Positions 1 to 11,110 of a DNA stretch of 64,000 nt are shown in pieces (position 1 is the stretch's first letter; each line of letters opens with the position of its first letter). A program made the position numbers and the translations under genes. The stretch comes from Entomortierella parvispora E1425. Lineage: Eukaryota > Fungi > Mortierellomycota. The stretch spans positions 186,001 through 250,000 of the forward strand of contig BQFW01000006.1 in the NCBI GenBank assembly GCA_020891255.1. Reading direction: 5' to 3'. The notes under the pieces are model-generated. The model was given only the letters and a program-made list of their open reading frames with translations, had not been told where the DNA came from and ran no database searches.

Positions 1-1446
1 GTGACAGTAAGCAAGCAGTCCACTCTATCAGAATCAGCTGTTCGGTCCCTCATTGTGTTACTCAAGAACGACGACTGCAGGGTTCGATCATCAGCTGTAT
101 TAATATTGGTCACACAGTCTACATTGACAGGACCCGTCATCAAGTCTCTCATTGCTGCACTCATGAATGACGGCTGGGGGGTAAGATCTTCAGCAGCGCT
201 GGCATTGGGTAAACAGACTAGGCTTACGGACTCGGCCATTCGGTCCCTCAATGCTGCACTCAAATGTTGCCATTGGAAAGTCAGGTTTTCAGTGGCGACT
301 GCTCTCGGCAACCGGTCCATGTTGACAGTACCCGTTATACAGTCTCTCTTCGCTGCAATCAAGGATGACGACTGGAGAGTTAGGTCTTCCGCACAATTGG
401 CATTGGAAAAACAGTCCAAATTGACGGAATCGGCCATTCAGTCCCTCATTGTTGCACTCAAGGATGAGGCGGAGGATGTTAGGTCCTTAGCACAGTCGTT
501 ATTAGCCAAGCAGTCGACGTTATCGGAATCGGCCATCCAGTCCCTCATTGCTGCACTCAAGGATGACGATTGGAGAGTGAGGTATTCGGTACAGTTGGTA
601 TTGGAGAATCAATCTATGTTGTCGGAATCGGTTATCCAATCCCTCATCGGTGCACTCAAGGATGAAGTTCGGGAAGTTAGGTCTTCAGCAGCATCGATAT
701 TAGGCAAGCAATCCATCTTGACGGAATCAGTCATTGGGTCCCTCACGGTTGCACTCGGGGACGACTATTGGAAAGTCAGGTCTTTAGCAGTTTCAATACT
801 GGGTGCACAGCCTATGTGGACAGGATCAGTCCTTCAGTCTGTCGTGGCTGCACTCGAGGATGAGGATCAGGATGTGAGGTCTTCAGCAGCGTCGGCACTG
901 GGCAAACAGTCGACGTTGCCAGAATCAGTCACCCAGTCGCTCATTTCCGCGCTCCAGGACGACCATTGGAAAATAAGGACTTCAGCACAATTGGCCTTAG
1001 AAAACCAGACAGCACTGACAGAGTCCGCCGTTCAGCGGCTCATTGCGGCACTCGAGCATGACGTTAAGGATGTCCACGTTGCAGCGGAAACGATAATAGC
1101 CAAACAATCCACGTTGACGAGATCAGTTATCCAGTCCCTCGTTGCGGCACTCAGACATGACGAACAGAGAGTCAGGGACTTGGCTTTCCATATTCTTCAG
1201 AGCCAATTCGCGTCGACGGGTCATGCACTTTTATATCTGACAGAAGAGGAGACTGCCTCTCAGTATGAGCGCCACCTCTTTAGTTATAGTTGTGGCCGTG
1301 TGTTGTCTTTCCAGGTACGGCCTAATGGACTGTATTTCTACACGGAGCAAGGTGCACTGCACGTAGAACTCAATGACCAAGAAAGACTGGATGTGATATC
1401 GTCGGCCTTTAGGTCTGTTCAGCAAAGGTTTGGGCTGATACCATAA
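1..1446 (+). CDS. HEAT-repeat protein, 5' part outside the window; about 13 repeats of 33 aa; possibly the C-terminal part of a NACHT-HEAT NLR-like protein
   Basis: Uninterrupted 481-aa frame with the repeated unit VRSSA(A/Q)xALxKQSxLxESxIQSLIxALKD(D/E)xWx at 99-nt periodicity. No introns. Short non-repeat C-terminal domain. Confidence 0.85.
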   Translation: MTVSKQSTLSESAVRSLIVLLKNDDCRVRSSAVLILVTQSTLTGPVIKSLIAALMNDGWGVRSSAALALGKQTRLTDSAIRSLNAALKCCHWKVRFSVATALGNRSMLTVPVIQSLFAAIKDDDWRVRSSAQLALEKQSKLTESAIQSLIVALKDEAEDVRSLAQSLLAKQSTLSESAIQSLIAALKDDDWRVRYSVQLVLENQSMLSESVIQSLIGALKDEVREVRSSAASILGKQSILTESVIGSLTVALGDDYWKVRSLAVSILGAQPMWTGSVLQSVVAALEDEDQDVRSSAASALGKQSTLPESVTQSLISALQDDHWKIRTSAQLALENQTALTESAVQRLIAALEHDVKDVHVAAETIIAKQSTLTRSVIQSLVAALRHDEQRVRDLAFHILQSQFASTGHALLYLTEEETASQYERHLFSYSCGRVLSFQVRPNGLYFYTEQGALHVELNDQERLDVISSAFRSVQQRFGLIP

Positions 1447-1947
1447 TGAACGCTAGTGTCGGCGGTGCTGCTGTTTTTTCGATTTTGTATTCTGGCTAGC
1501 CACATTTTAGCAGAACCAATTCCTTAACCATTGAAGCATCCAATAAAAAGTCATCTGTTAATTGCGCGCATCCAGCTTACAAGGAGTGTCCAGTGTGTGT
1601 GGGACGTGTCGAAACTCATCCGTTCGCAAGCAAGAACGAGGATCAGGGGGATATTCTTTCCAAGATAAGTCCGGGGGGGGGGAAGTTGTATATCTTTAGT
1701 CCAGCGAACGGCGACCATATTGTGACCCTGAATCCAAAGCAACTAAATACACTGCAACGCCTCACGGGTTGCTATCAGGAATTCAGAGAGATACACGGAC
1801 GATTTATTGGACAATGGAGATCACTTGAGTGCCAACTCGTCAGACCCAACTCTGGTTGGTTTCTCCGATTTACAATGATGGTAATTTCTCTGTTTGTTGG
1901 ATGTCTGACGTTTGCCGGTTGGACTACCGGGAGCCCAACCAAAGACC

Positions 1948-4791
1948 TTAACAAGTATCCGAGTCGGTAAAGCCATCCTCTTCTGCATCAGCCGCAGCCT
2001 TCAATCGCTCAGCAAATGACTTTGGCTTGCCTGGTAAGGATCGTAACTTTGATGCAATGCTGCGTTCAATGTCAGTTCTTTCAAGTTCAATCGATTTTCG
2101 ACTAGATGGTGAATTAAGCGCAAAGCCCTCCTCGTCGTCATCCTTCAGCTGATCCATGATCGACTTTCGCCTGCCAGTTTGCTTGGCCGGTGAGTTTAGC
2201 ACGAGAAGGTCCCACTCCAAATCCGACTCCATCTCTACATTGGAGGGTGGCAAGATTGCCCTATTGCCCCGTCGAATTCGGCGTTCATACTCCGCTTTCT
2301 TTACGAGCACTTCTTTCGAGTACCGATCATATAACATCTAGATGTAATGAACACACAGTTGTTGGTGCAATCGCACACATCAGGCAAAAAAAAAAAAAAA
2401 GAAAAAAAAAATCCAACATCACTTACACAACACTTACCAAAAGACTGAACAGGCGATGCATATCGTTTTTCATAAAGTCCAGGATCTCAGACTCCATTTG
2501 TGGTAGAAGGATTTTGTCACAAGCTGGACCAGCGACCCAAATATCATCCAACATCTTCAGAGAAAATATTGTAGCTTCCATCCCTATACGCCATTGATAA
2601 ATACCCACCTGGTTAGAAAAGTGATGACTTCAACAACACAACATAAAGCAAAGATAGGCACTCACAGGTCCTACCTCTCATCACACAAACAGGGGGACAC
2701 ATCAGCCCGTAATTTCTTAGCAATAACGAAATCGACTTCATGGCCTTGATAGTTCTTCGAAGCTGTATGTCTTCTTTGACATCGGTACACAACGCCTTCT
2801 TCAATTCGAAGTTGGCGAGCTCGAGGTGTTCAACAGTCATGATCGAATCGCACTTTCGCGTCCCAGCATTGATTCCAAAGATCGTAAAGAGATCCAAGTT
2901 CGATTGTCTGGCAGCTGCAAGGCCTTGCTCACCGCTACAGTAATCCACCCAGTAGTGCACTATTAACAACAGACTACATTCAGAAGAAGCCTTTGATGGG
3001 ACATGACGATATCACTTACAGGTTCAAGGCCAGGCAGGCTGTTGCTGGCAACTGTTCCCGAAAAATAGCTGACCACAGACTGACGGCATCTCCCTCTGAT
3101 GCATCCTTGGTTCGGCCAGACAACGGACGCTCTGCATGCTTGAGGCTATGTTACAATCCAGCATTAGTGTTATTCGCGTTAGTGGTAGGTAGAGCCATGT
3201 TACCACAGTATTCAATTCATGAACAACTGCTCACATTGTTTTAAGAGCATCGAGGGAACGGCAATAAGGCTCGGAGCCCGCTATAGCCTGAAGCTCATAA
3301 ATTTTGGATATCAACACCTGTGCTTTCACTCCGGCATCTGTCGTCGTAGCACCTTCAGCGATTTCCATTAGCGGTGCAACAATTGCTGAAAACCCGGCGT
3401 CTGGAGTGTCGAGCTCCTTAACAGCACACACATCTAATGCTCGCTGATATTCGTCCTTGAAGGTAGCATTCGCAGTTTGACAGAACATGTTCCAGACACC
3501 CGAAAGTGAGACGCTACACAAAATAACAAGATACGGGGTCAGCAAGGGTCACCTAGAGTCTAAAAAATAGAGCATAGACAGTTGAACTTACAAAGCGTCC
3601 TTGAGAGGCAGGCTGTAGTCTGGATTCGGGTATTTGGTAGCATCACTACCCTTCTTAAGGTATGATAGGGACAGGTGGCATAGTTTCTGTCGTTTAGTAG
3701 GAAGGATGTCATCAACAGCTGTGAACTCGGGTAGTGCCTCGTAGATGCCAAAGTGCTATGAAATTAAAGAGAGAAAAAAGAGTCAGCGTCAAAGGCACTC
3801 ATCCAAGATATAAATATAGGCAAGGGCAAGAGTGAATCATACCATGGCGTGAGCAATATCGACAAGCGACCTAAAAGTGGCGGGATCCTTTTCAGTACGG
3901 CGCCGCTTAATCCCATCCACCAGAGAATCTTCCGATCTCCCACGACTTTTAGAAGATGAGGACGAAGTCCTAACAGTGGACGACAAAGATGAGGCTGAGG
4001 AAGTTCCAACAGAGGATGGCAGAGACGAGGTCGAGGAAGTCCCAACGTTGGACGACAAAGACGAGGGCGATGAAGCCCCAACAGAAGCCCCATGAGTAGA
4101 TGACAAAGCCCCGATAGTAAAGGGTGAAGACCCAGTAGTTGACAACGGAGCATTCAGGAAAGGATGACAATGATCATCGGCGGACTGAGACTTGCCGTCA
4201 GGAATGGCGCTCATACTATTCATGGGCAGAGGTGCCGGTGCTAAAGAAGAGATGGAGGGTGTTAATAGTCAATCGTACCAATAACAGGCTCAAAACAACA
4301 GGCGATTTCATGAGGTGGGGTTTACTATTACGGGTCATTGCTGTATGCTCCTTGTGCTGTGTGACAGAGGTCAGAGGCATGTCGGAGGGCACAACAGAGT
4401 ACTGTCTCTGCTCTTCGGCATTCTCGGCGATAATACTCTCCGCAAATGGTTCTGAGCCTCCGATGATGTGGCCCGCTGTCTTCCATGCCATTTTCTTCGC
4501 GATTGCCTTGGCATTCTGACGCTCCCAATAGGTGCGACCTTCTGAGTTCTTCCACGCCTCAAATTTGTTGGTCAAGAGAGTTCTCTCCTGCTCGGGAATA
4601 TCAGCCTCGCCGAGGCATCTCATGTACCTGCGGTGGCCATCATCACACTGGATAATGCCAAACTGGTCAAAGAACACTCCAGGGGCTTTGTCACGGGTCT
4701 CTTGAAACCAGGATATTTCCGGGTCTGTAAGTGACTTCGCTCCTTTGTTCTCGTCCTTCCTGTTGCCCTTGCTGCTTTTGGAGTAGACCAT
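1948..4791 (-). CDS. CR (Crinkler-RHS)-effector-like protein: helical header, low-complexity linker and C-terminal PD-(D/E)xK nuclease domain with intact catalytic motif (gene A, about 740 aa)
   Basis: Hand-built 8-exon model, all GT-AG and phase-consistent: 4791-4332, 4240-3843, 3755-3592, 3513-3235, 3145-3020, 2934-2675, 2583-2438, 2337-1948. Motif GE...RKCD-x13-ELKK (Asp 2849-2847, Glu 2807-2805, Lys 2801-2799). Confidence 0.8.
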
Positions 4792-4986
4792 GATGGGGCA
4801 ATCTTTGGGATGCCTAACCAAGTAATAGAGAAAATGAATTAATGAATTATATAAGTCAGTGCAAGAATTAAAAGAAGAAACAAAAATGGGAAAAAGCGAC
4901 GAGAACGAGCACATATCAAGAGACAAAGAGGATTTCATCAGTCTTCATCAGTCTTGCATTAGAGTGCAGGTATCAAATGTACATTC

Positions 4987-5175
4987 ACAAAGGTTCACAA
5001 AAAAGCGAGCGCCAACAACCATGCAGACCACAAGAGGGGCCACCAGACCTTGATGTACTTTCTGCTCTCAGTAAGGAAGGACAAAGAAGTGTGGGAGTCG
5101 CGGTTTAAACTGACATTCAGTGGCAGAACGCCATGGAATGGAGTCGCGTTACCATCCTTATTCCTAATGCTCAAT
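4987..5175. repeat. Dispersed repeat of about 180 bp, copy 1, about 200 bp upstream of gene A
   Basis: Aligns by eye with 9287-9458, 9480-9640 and 9950-10135 (shared aggttcacaa...cagaccttgatgtactt...gtgggagtcgcggtttaaac...cagaacgccatggaatggagtcgcgtt). Confidence 0.85.
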
Positions 5176-6752
5176 GCTCGACACTACGACGAACTCATCA
5201 AAATCATTACTGGGCGATGCCAGCGCGAAAGCACGGGTAATGGCGGCAGCAATGCAGACGAAACATGCGGTACACTTCTATCGAGAATGAAACGACTTAC
5301 AACTAAACGAAACGACAATCTTTGAGAGATGTTCGGTGATGGGAAAATGAGAAGTGTTTAGTGATGGGGACGAAAGAGAGGGGTGTTCGGTGATGAATGG
5401 AGTGGCACTCACAGATTTTGGGCGTCTATGCAGCGAAACGGGAGCGAGGCCAACAAATAGGGAAGCAGAGCACTGAGGTGGAAGACAACGGGGTCAAGAA
5501 AGTTCAGCTTCGCGTTCTTGAACAACTTTCCGCGACGCGCCATGCTCACACACGTGACATCGTAAGGAATGACGTCTCTGTATTTGGACACGGCGTATTG
5601 TAGACATCGGCCAAACAGGAAATCCATCTGGGACGCGCTATAGCACTACAGTGCCAGATTGATCAGATGGAAGAGGATGGCACTTACATCAACCAACTGT
5701 AGCCCTTCGTGTCAGGCGAACTTCACTGTTCGTCCATGCTTCTTCCTCCCCACACCAGCATCATGCTCATCTCATGCATTCATCTTTATTCTTGTATCTT
5801 GCATCACCCCCTCTCCGCTCTCTCCTCTCTCATCAGTCTTATCCGTGTCTCGTGTCGCTGTTTTCTCTGTAGCATCGCGCTCAATGAGGGGGAAGGCGAA
5901 AAATCAAGGAGTGAAACACTGTCAAAGTTTGGGAAGAAAAAAATGGACTCAAGGGCACCAACTCACAAAAAATCAGGGACTCGTAGATCGTTCCTATCTC
6001 TTTCCTCCTTGTTCCCTCTTGTTTGCTCCTGTGCGTCCGAGTTGATCGTCTCGGCTTTTCTCTTTTTCTTTGTTTCTATCCCTCTTCTTTCCATTTCTCT
6101 TTCTTTGATGGTTTCTTCTTTCCCCATTTTGTGCCTCACTATTTCGTCTGTTCACTGAAGAGCCTTTCAAAGTACCGCGACCCTCAATTCTCAGCCTACA
6201 ATCACCGAGATAAAAGAACCAGGCTACTCAGACATCCATTTGTTAATATCAGGTCTGCAGGGACTGAGCTGTGCCTTCTTTCTCTGCTTGCGTTCAACTC
6301 GACACATGCATCCCTCCTTTCTTCGGCTCTCTCGTCACTTGCACCCACTCAACTCTACTGTACTATCCTCTCGTCTCCTTTCTTGAATCACGGTGAAAGA
6401 CAGCCTTATTGGACTGCTTCTGCTCTCGCCAAAACGCGACTTCTCCCACTTTTTCCCAAGGAACTCCAGCTTAAAAGCTTCAAGATGAACAGTAGCCGAC
6501 TTTTCGCCTTCTACTCAATTTCAGGGGCCCCAAAGAAATCCCAATCTTGAAAATCACCGTGGAGGGCAGTACAGTTTGGTCGTGGTGATTGTACGCTTAT
6601 CAGGAATCAAGCATTCGCCAATGGTTTTGCGGAGACAGGTGTATCCAAAGATTTGGCAATGCGCACTTTTTTTTTTTGTTTTCGAGCAAGTAGAGCAAGT
6701 AGTTTAGGATGGATCTGGAAAGTTCAGCCAGTGGTTCTTTCTATCGTCCTCC

Positions 6753-9073
6753 TCATAGTTCGTCCTCCTCACCAATGACATTGTGATCATGCTCAAGTTC
6801 CGCCATCACCTTTTGCATTCCCTGCTGGAAGCGTTGATTGTTTGGTGTGGATATACCGACCATGGTCCTTGCTGCCTTTGGCTCTGTTGGTTTTGTCGGC
6901 GTACGAAAGATAACGTCGCGCCAGTTAATGTGCTCAATCTCCTTGTCCAGACCATCATCATCCTCAACCTCTATGCCCGCCAAATCGCTCCCATGTTCGA
7001 TGCCCGTTCCTTCTCCTTCCTCGTCCTGTCCAACTGTATTCTGAGTGTAGTTGAATATATCGATTTTCTCATTAGCATCCACTGTGTACTCGTGATAATA
7101 TTCCTAGATATACAGATTCAGAGATTTAATTCAGGCTTGAGAAGTGCCTTTCAACAATCTTCAGTTTTAGTACCCACCAGCAAGTTTTTCAGTTGATGGG
7201 CACCGTTATCGATGAAGAGATTCCAAGCCGCCTCCGTTTTTGGTAGCACGATGGCATTACAGGCCGGCGCGGCAACAAACACTCCCTTCCAAGGCATTAC
7301 TCGAAAAATATCAACCTTCAGACCTATATTTACAATATATTCAACACAATATTAGACCATTGCTTTCAATCATCTATCCAACCATTTTAAATCTTACCGT
7401 GGATCGAGAGCTGAGGCGGGCAATCCAGACCAAACTTGCTCAACTCCAGCATGACAGACCGCGCAATTTTAATGTTTTTCCGCAATTGAATCTTGACCGC
7501 AACGGGCGGAGTCGATGCCCTTGTTACCCCTCCATTTCCGAACTGTGTCTTTCCAATAGATAGGATACAGTTACACTTCCGTGCACCGCAACCTGTGTTC
7601 AATGCGCACGCCAGTTTGCTTTTCGACACACGGGTGGCATGGCTTGCCCTTTCACCGCTGTTGAGAGATTAAATGGAAAGGAGCGCGGCACACATAAACC
7701 AGTCAGAAACAAACCAGACGTTGAGTTATTCAAGGAAAGATATCTTGACTTACAAGTGAAAAGTAAATGGAGTTCCCTTTGGTCTACCATCCTTGAGAAT
7801 ACTGCCCCAGATCAACAGTGCATCGCTTTCTGAGGGCTCATTGTCGCCATGGTGTGGGTCAAGGATGTTCTCGATGCTATCATTTAAAATGGGATGACGT
7901 CAATATCCTGCGGATGCAACCAAGTTCTTGGATATCATAATATCACACTACTTACATATTTCTGAGGACCAGTAAGAAGAGCCTGAAGGCCGGCTTAGAG
8001 CCAAGGCACGAATACACGTCCTCCAAGACAGCGGTCAGCTTTTTTGTCTTTGTGATCTTCAGAGAGTTCAGCAGCCTTGTGACCTCCTCATCCTTAGATT
8101 CCAGCTCGGGTATTATACAGAGGCTTTTGGCGTCCAGGCGCTCAGCAGTTGATAATGTAGTTCTTGCCACAGGGGAGTATAAGTTGAAGACTCCAGACAA
8201 TGCAACAAAGGCGTCATGAAGGTGGAGACAACCTTCCTTGCTCGTGGTTTGCTGCTCAATGGCCCTTTTTGCATCTTTAAGGTGGCGCCATGCCAATTTG
8301 TACAATTTCCCAGGCACAGGATCGTCCTCGGTGTTACTGGTATCCTCTAAGGGAAGATCAACGGTATTGCCCTTGAACTAATCAGCAGGAGGAAATGTGG
8401 GCATTAGCTTCTACAAATAAGAATACGGCAACATTGCAAATACATTTCAGGAAAGCTCTACCAATTGAACGGCAATTTCCGCCAAATCGTGCCAGGGATC
8501 TCGAAGTCGTATCCTCTTCTTTGGCAAACTTTGCGCCGTTGCAGTCTTCGTTCTTTTGGAATGGTCTTTGCGTGCAAAATCCGCGCTTGGAATGAGATTG
8601 GGTGTGTTGGAAGTCCGGCTAGATCTGGGGATAGAAGGCTCAGTGTCACAGGCCGGCGGCAAGTCGTAAACTACTGCAGAGTACCGGGTCTGCTCCTTCG
8701 CATTTTCATCAATTATGGTGCGAACGAATGGTTCCAAGTCACCGATGATTTTTCCTGCTGTCTTCCAAGCCGTTTTCTTCGCGACTTCCTTCGTATTCCG
8801 ACGCTCCCAATAGGCCTGGCTTTTAGATCTCTTCCACTCGTCAAAGTTGACGATCAAAAGAGCTCGTTCTTGCTTGGAAAGATTAGACCGATGAAGAGCC
8901 CTCGCATATCGCAGGTGGCCATATTCTCGCTTGGTGATGCCGAACTTGTCAAAGAACGCTTCCGGGGTCGGGTCGCTGCTCTCTTTGAACCAAGAGATGT
9001 CTTGATCTGCAATTATCTTCGCACCGTTGCTGTTGACTTTCTCTTTGGCGCTGCCGTTATAGATCTGATCCAT
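6753..9073 (-). CDS. CR-effector-like paralog of gene A with a catalytically degenerate PD-(D/E)xK domain (gene B, about 637 aa)
   Basis: 6-exon model, phase-consistent, no stops: 9073-8462, 8377-7956, 7876-7754, 7657-7398, 7323-7178, 7103-6753. Nuclease exons are 260 and 146 nt, the same as in gene A. Motif reads RKCN-x13-GVTR. Header is homologous to gene A (ISWF.E....P..FFD.FG...YWER.N.K..AKK.AWKTAG.IIG..EPF). Confidence 0.8.
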
Positions 9074-9286
9074 GATGCGGCCAATTGACGTAAATTCTAA
9101 CGAAGCAATGCAATGATTGGGTTGTTTAAGTCATTGGTACAACAATTAGAAAATGATGTCACGCCTCACAGACTTGTGTGCAGCGCTCTGTCTGCCATTG
9201 ATAAACGATAAAATCATCTGGTGGCAGCAGGGGGTTAGCAAAGAGGATGAAACAACTCAGAGCCAAGCAAGTACTACCGTCCGAGC

Positions 9287-10205
9287 AAAGGTTCACAAGA
9301 GTAAGCGCCAACAAGCACGCGGACCATGAGAGGGACCATCAGACCTTGATGTACTTCCTGCTCACAGTAAGGAAGGTCAAAGAAGGACAGCACACTCTGT
9401 GGGAGTCGCGGTTTAAACGGACATTCGTGACAGAACGCCATGGAATGGAGTCGCGTTGAACGTCTTGCTTTGCGGATGTAACAAGCACGCGGACCATGAG
9501 AGGGACCATCAGACCTTGATGTACTTCCTGCTCTCAGTAAGGAAGGTCAAAGAAGGACAGCACACTCTGTGGGAGTCGCGGTTTTAAACGGACATTCGTG
9601 ACAGAACGCCATGGAATGGAGTCGCGTTACCATCCTTATTCCCAGTACTCAACCATGTACAATCCATAGAGTTTCGGAAGATAATGGGGAGACGGCGTGA
9701 GATGCAGCAGTGGGGTGAAGAATATTAAGATATTAAGAGAGCAGTGCGCTTGCATCTTCTGTTGATTGAGGAGCGTCAATGCTAACCATGGAGGACGTAG
9801 AAGGGAGTACAGTACTTGCCTGAGAATGAGAAGACCTGTTGAAAAGAAGAGCCGATGGAACGAATGGATATATAGGCAGGACAATCCACGCAATAATTAC
9901 GTCACCGGATGAGCTATCGCAACTGCTGGGTCACTACTTCCTCTTTCTCTAGGTTCACAAGAGTAAGCGCCAACAAGCACGCGGACCATGAGAGGGACCA
10001 TCAGACCTTGATGTACTTCCTGCTCACAGTAAGGAAGGTCAAAGAAGGACAGCACACTCTGTGGGAGTCGCGATTTAAACGGACATTCGTGACAGAACGC
10101 CATGGAATGGAGTCGCGTTACCATTCTCATTCCCAATGCTCAACCATGTACAATCCATAGAGTTTAGGAAGATAATGGGGAGACGGCGTGAGATGCAGCA
10201 GTAGG
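9287..10205. repeat. Three further copies of the 180-bp repeat (tandem pair 9287-9640 and a copy at 9950-10135), plus an 80-bp extension shared by 9635-9715 and 10130-10205
   Basis: Near-identical text repeats visible directly, e.g. aacaagcacgcggaccatgagagggaccatcagaccttgatgtacttcctg near 9310, 9480 and 9970. Confidence 0.9.
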
Positions 10206-10249
10206 TCAATGGGCGCGTGAATGATATCACCGAAGTAAATCACAGCGAT

Positions 10250-10528
10250 AAGAATCGCATGAGCTGCGTGCATCGCACGGACCGTGCACGTCGCGCTTTT
10301 CTTCACCACTTTCCACTTTCAAAATGGTACGATGGAAGAGCCCTTGATGAATCCTTCTCGGTCATTCCTGCCGAACCTCATCCCAACGTTGATGACCTCA
10401 AGAGGGCCATCAACAAGATCTTGGATCTTCAAACACGCCCGATTGATCTCATCACCGCGCCTCAGTTACCAGTCCACCGCGCCTCAGTTCCCAACACTCC
10501 CATGCCCTCAAACACAAAAGTTGTCTAA
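10250..10528 (+). pseudogene. Orphan Crinkler N-terminal (ubiquitin-like) domain fragment with its upstream sequence; start region deleted
   Basis: DGRALDESFSVIPAEPHPNVDDLKRAINKILDL...ITAPQL matches the CRN header pattern (F.V.......VDDLK.AI...L). It is homologous at the nucleotide level to the reverse complement of 55500-55700. Confidence 0.65.
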
Positions 10529-10659
10529 TAAACAATAAAAGCAATGTGCATGCTGTCGTGAAGTCAACTCGAATTCTGTGACATGCTAGCAAGAAACAGT
10601 TCTACAGTACATGTACAGTGCAAGTCGCACATTAGACCGAATTTCGGTCCATTGTGCGA

Positions 10660-11031
10660 CTTTGCCAGGCTGTTCTTCGATTCAATGGTGACCTTTGTGG
10701 CCAACTTTTTGATGTCAAAATCAAAATTCTTTTCCTTTTTTGTTGAGATCCACATATCGAGTTTGCTATGGAAGCGCTACATGCCATCTTCAAGTGCCTC
10801 AAATGTTCTTTTCCATTAAGGGATCTTAAACGGTGGCAGACGAATATTAGAGATCTCCGCTTTAACAGGCAACACGACGGTGGCTCTTGTGCTATCTACG
10901 CTGCTCAAGCGATAGAATACGATATCCTTGATCGCCGGGACGACCTCGTTTCGACTTCTAAACTACTGAAATGGTTCTTCCTGAACATTCAGCATCATCG
11001 TGTCCAATATCTACTTCTCGTCTTAGGTTAA
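10660..11031 (+). pseudogene. Ulp1/C48-type cysteine peptidase-like fragment, degenerate
   Basis: FFDSM followed by ...W......RQHDGGSCAIYAAQAIE resembles the DS and Q-x-(D/N)-x-x-x-C-G motifs of Ulp1 peptidases. The catalytic His-Trp region is not recognisable, and there is a stop at 11029-11031. Confidence 0.4.
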
Positions 11032-11110
11032 GAAGAGGTATTACTGGTTGATTGTACTATTGGATATTGTTATGTATGGTAGGCAACATGGCTAATCATA
11101 TTTTCTTTAG

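Noticed and set aside
1593-1970. 125-aa ORF after the HEAT gene, faintly like its C-terminal domain
   Set aside because: Non-ATG start, similarity too weak to judge by eye, and it overlaps the gene A stop region.
5397-6660. Several 70-175 aa ORFs between genes A and B
   Set aside because: Pyrimidine-rich, promoter-like composition with no motif or consistent splice model.
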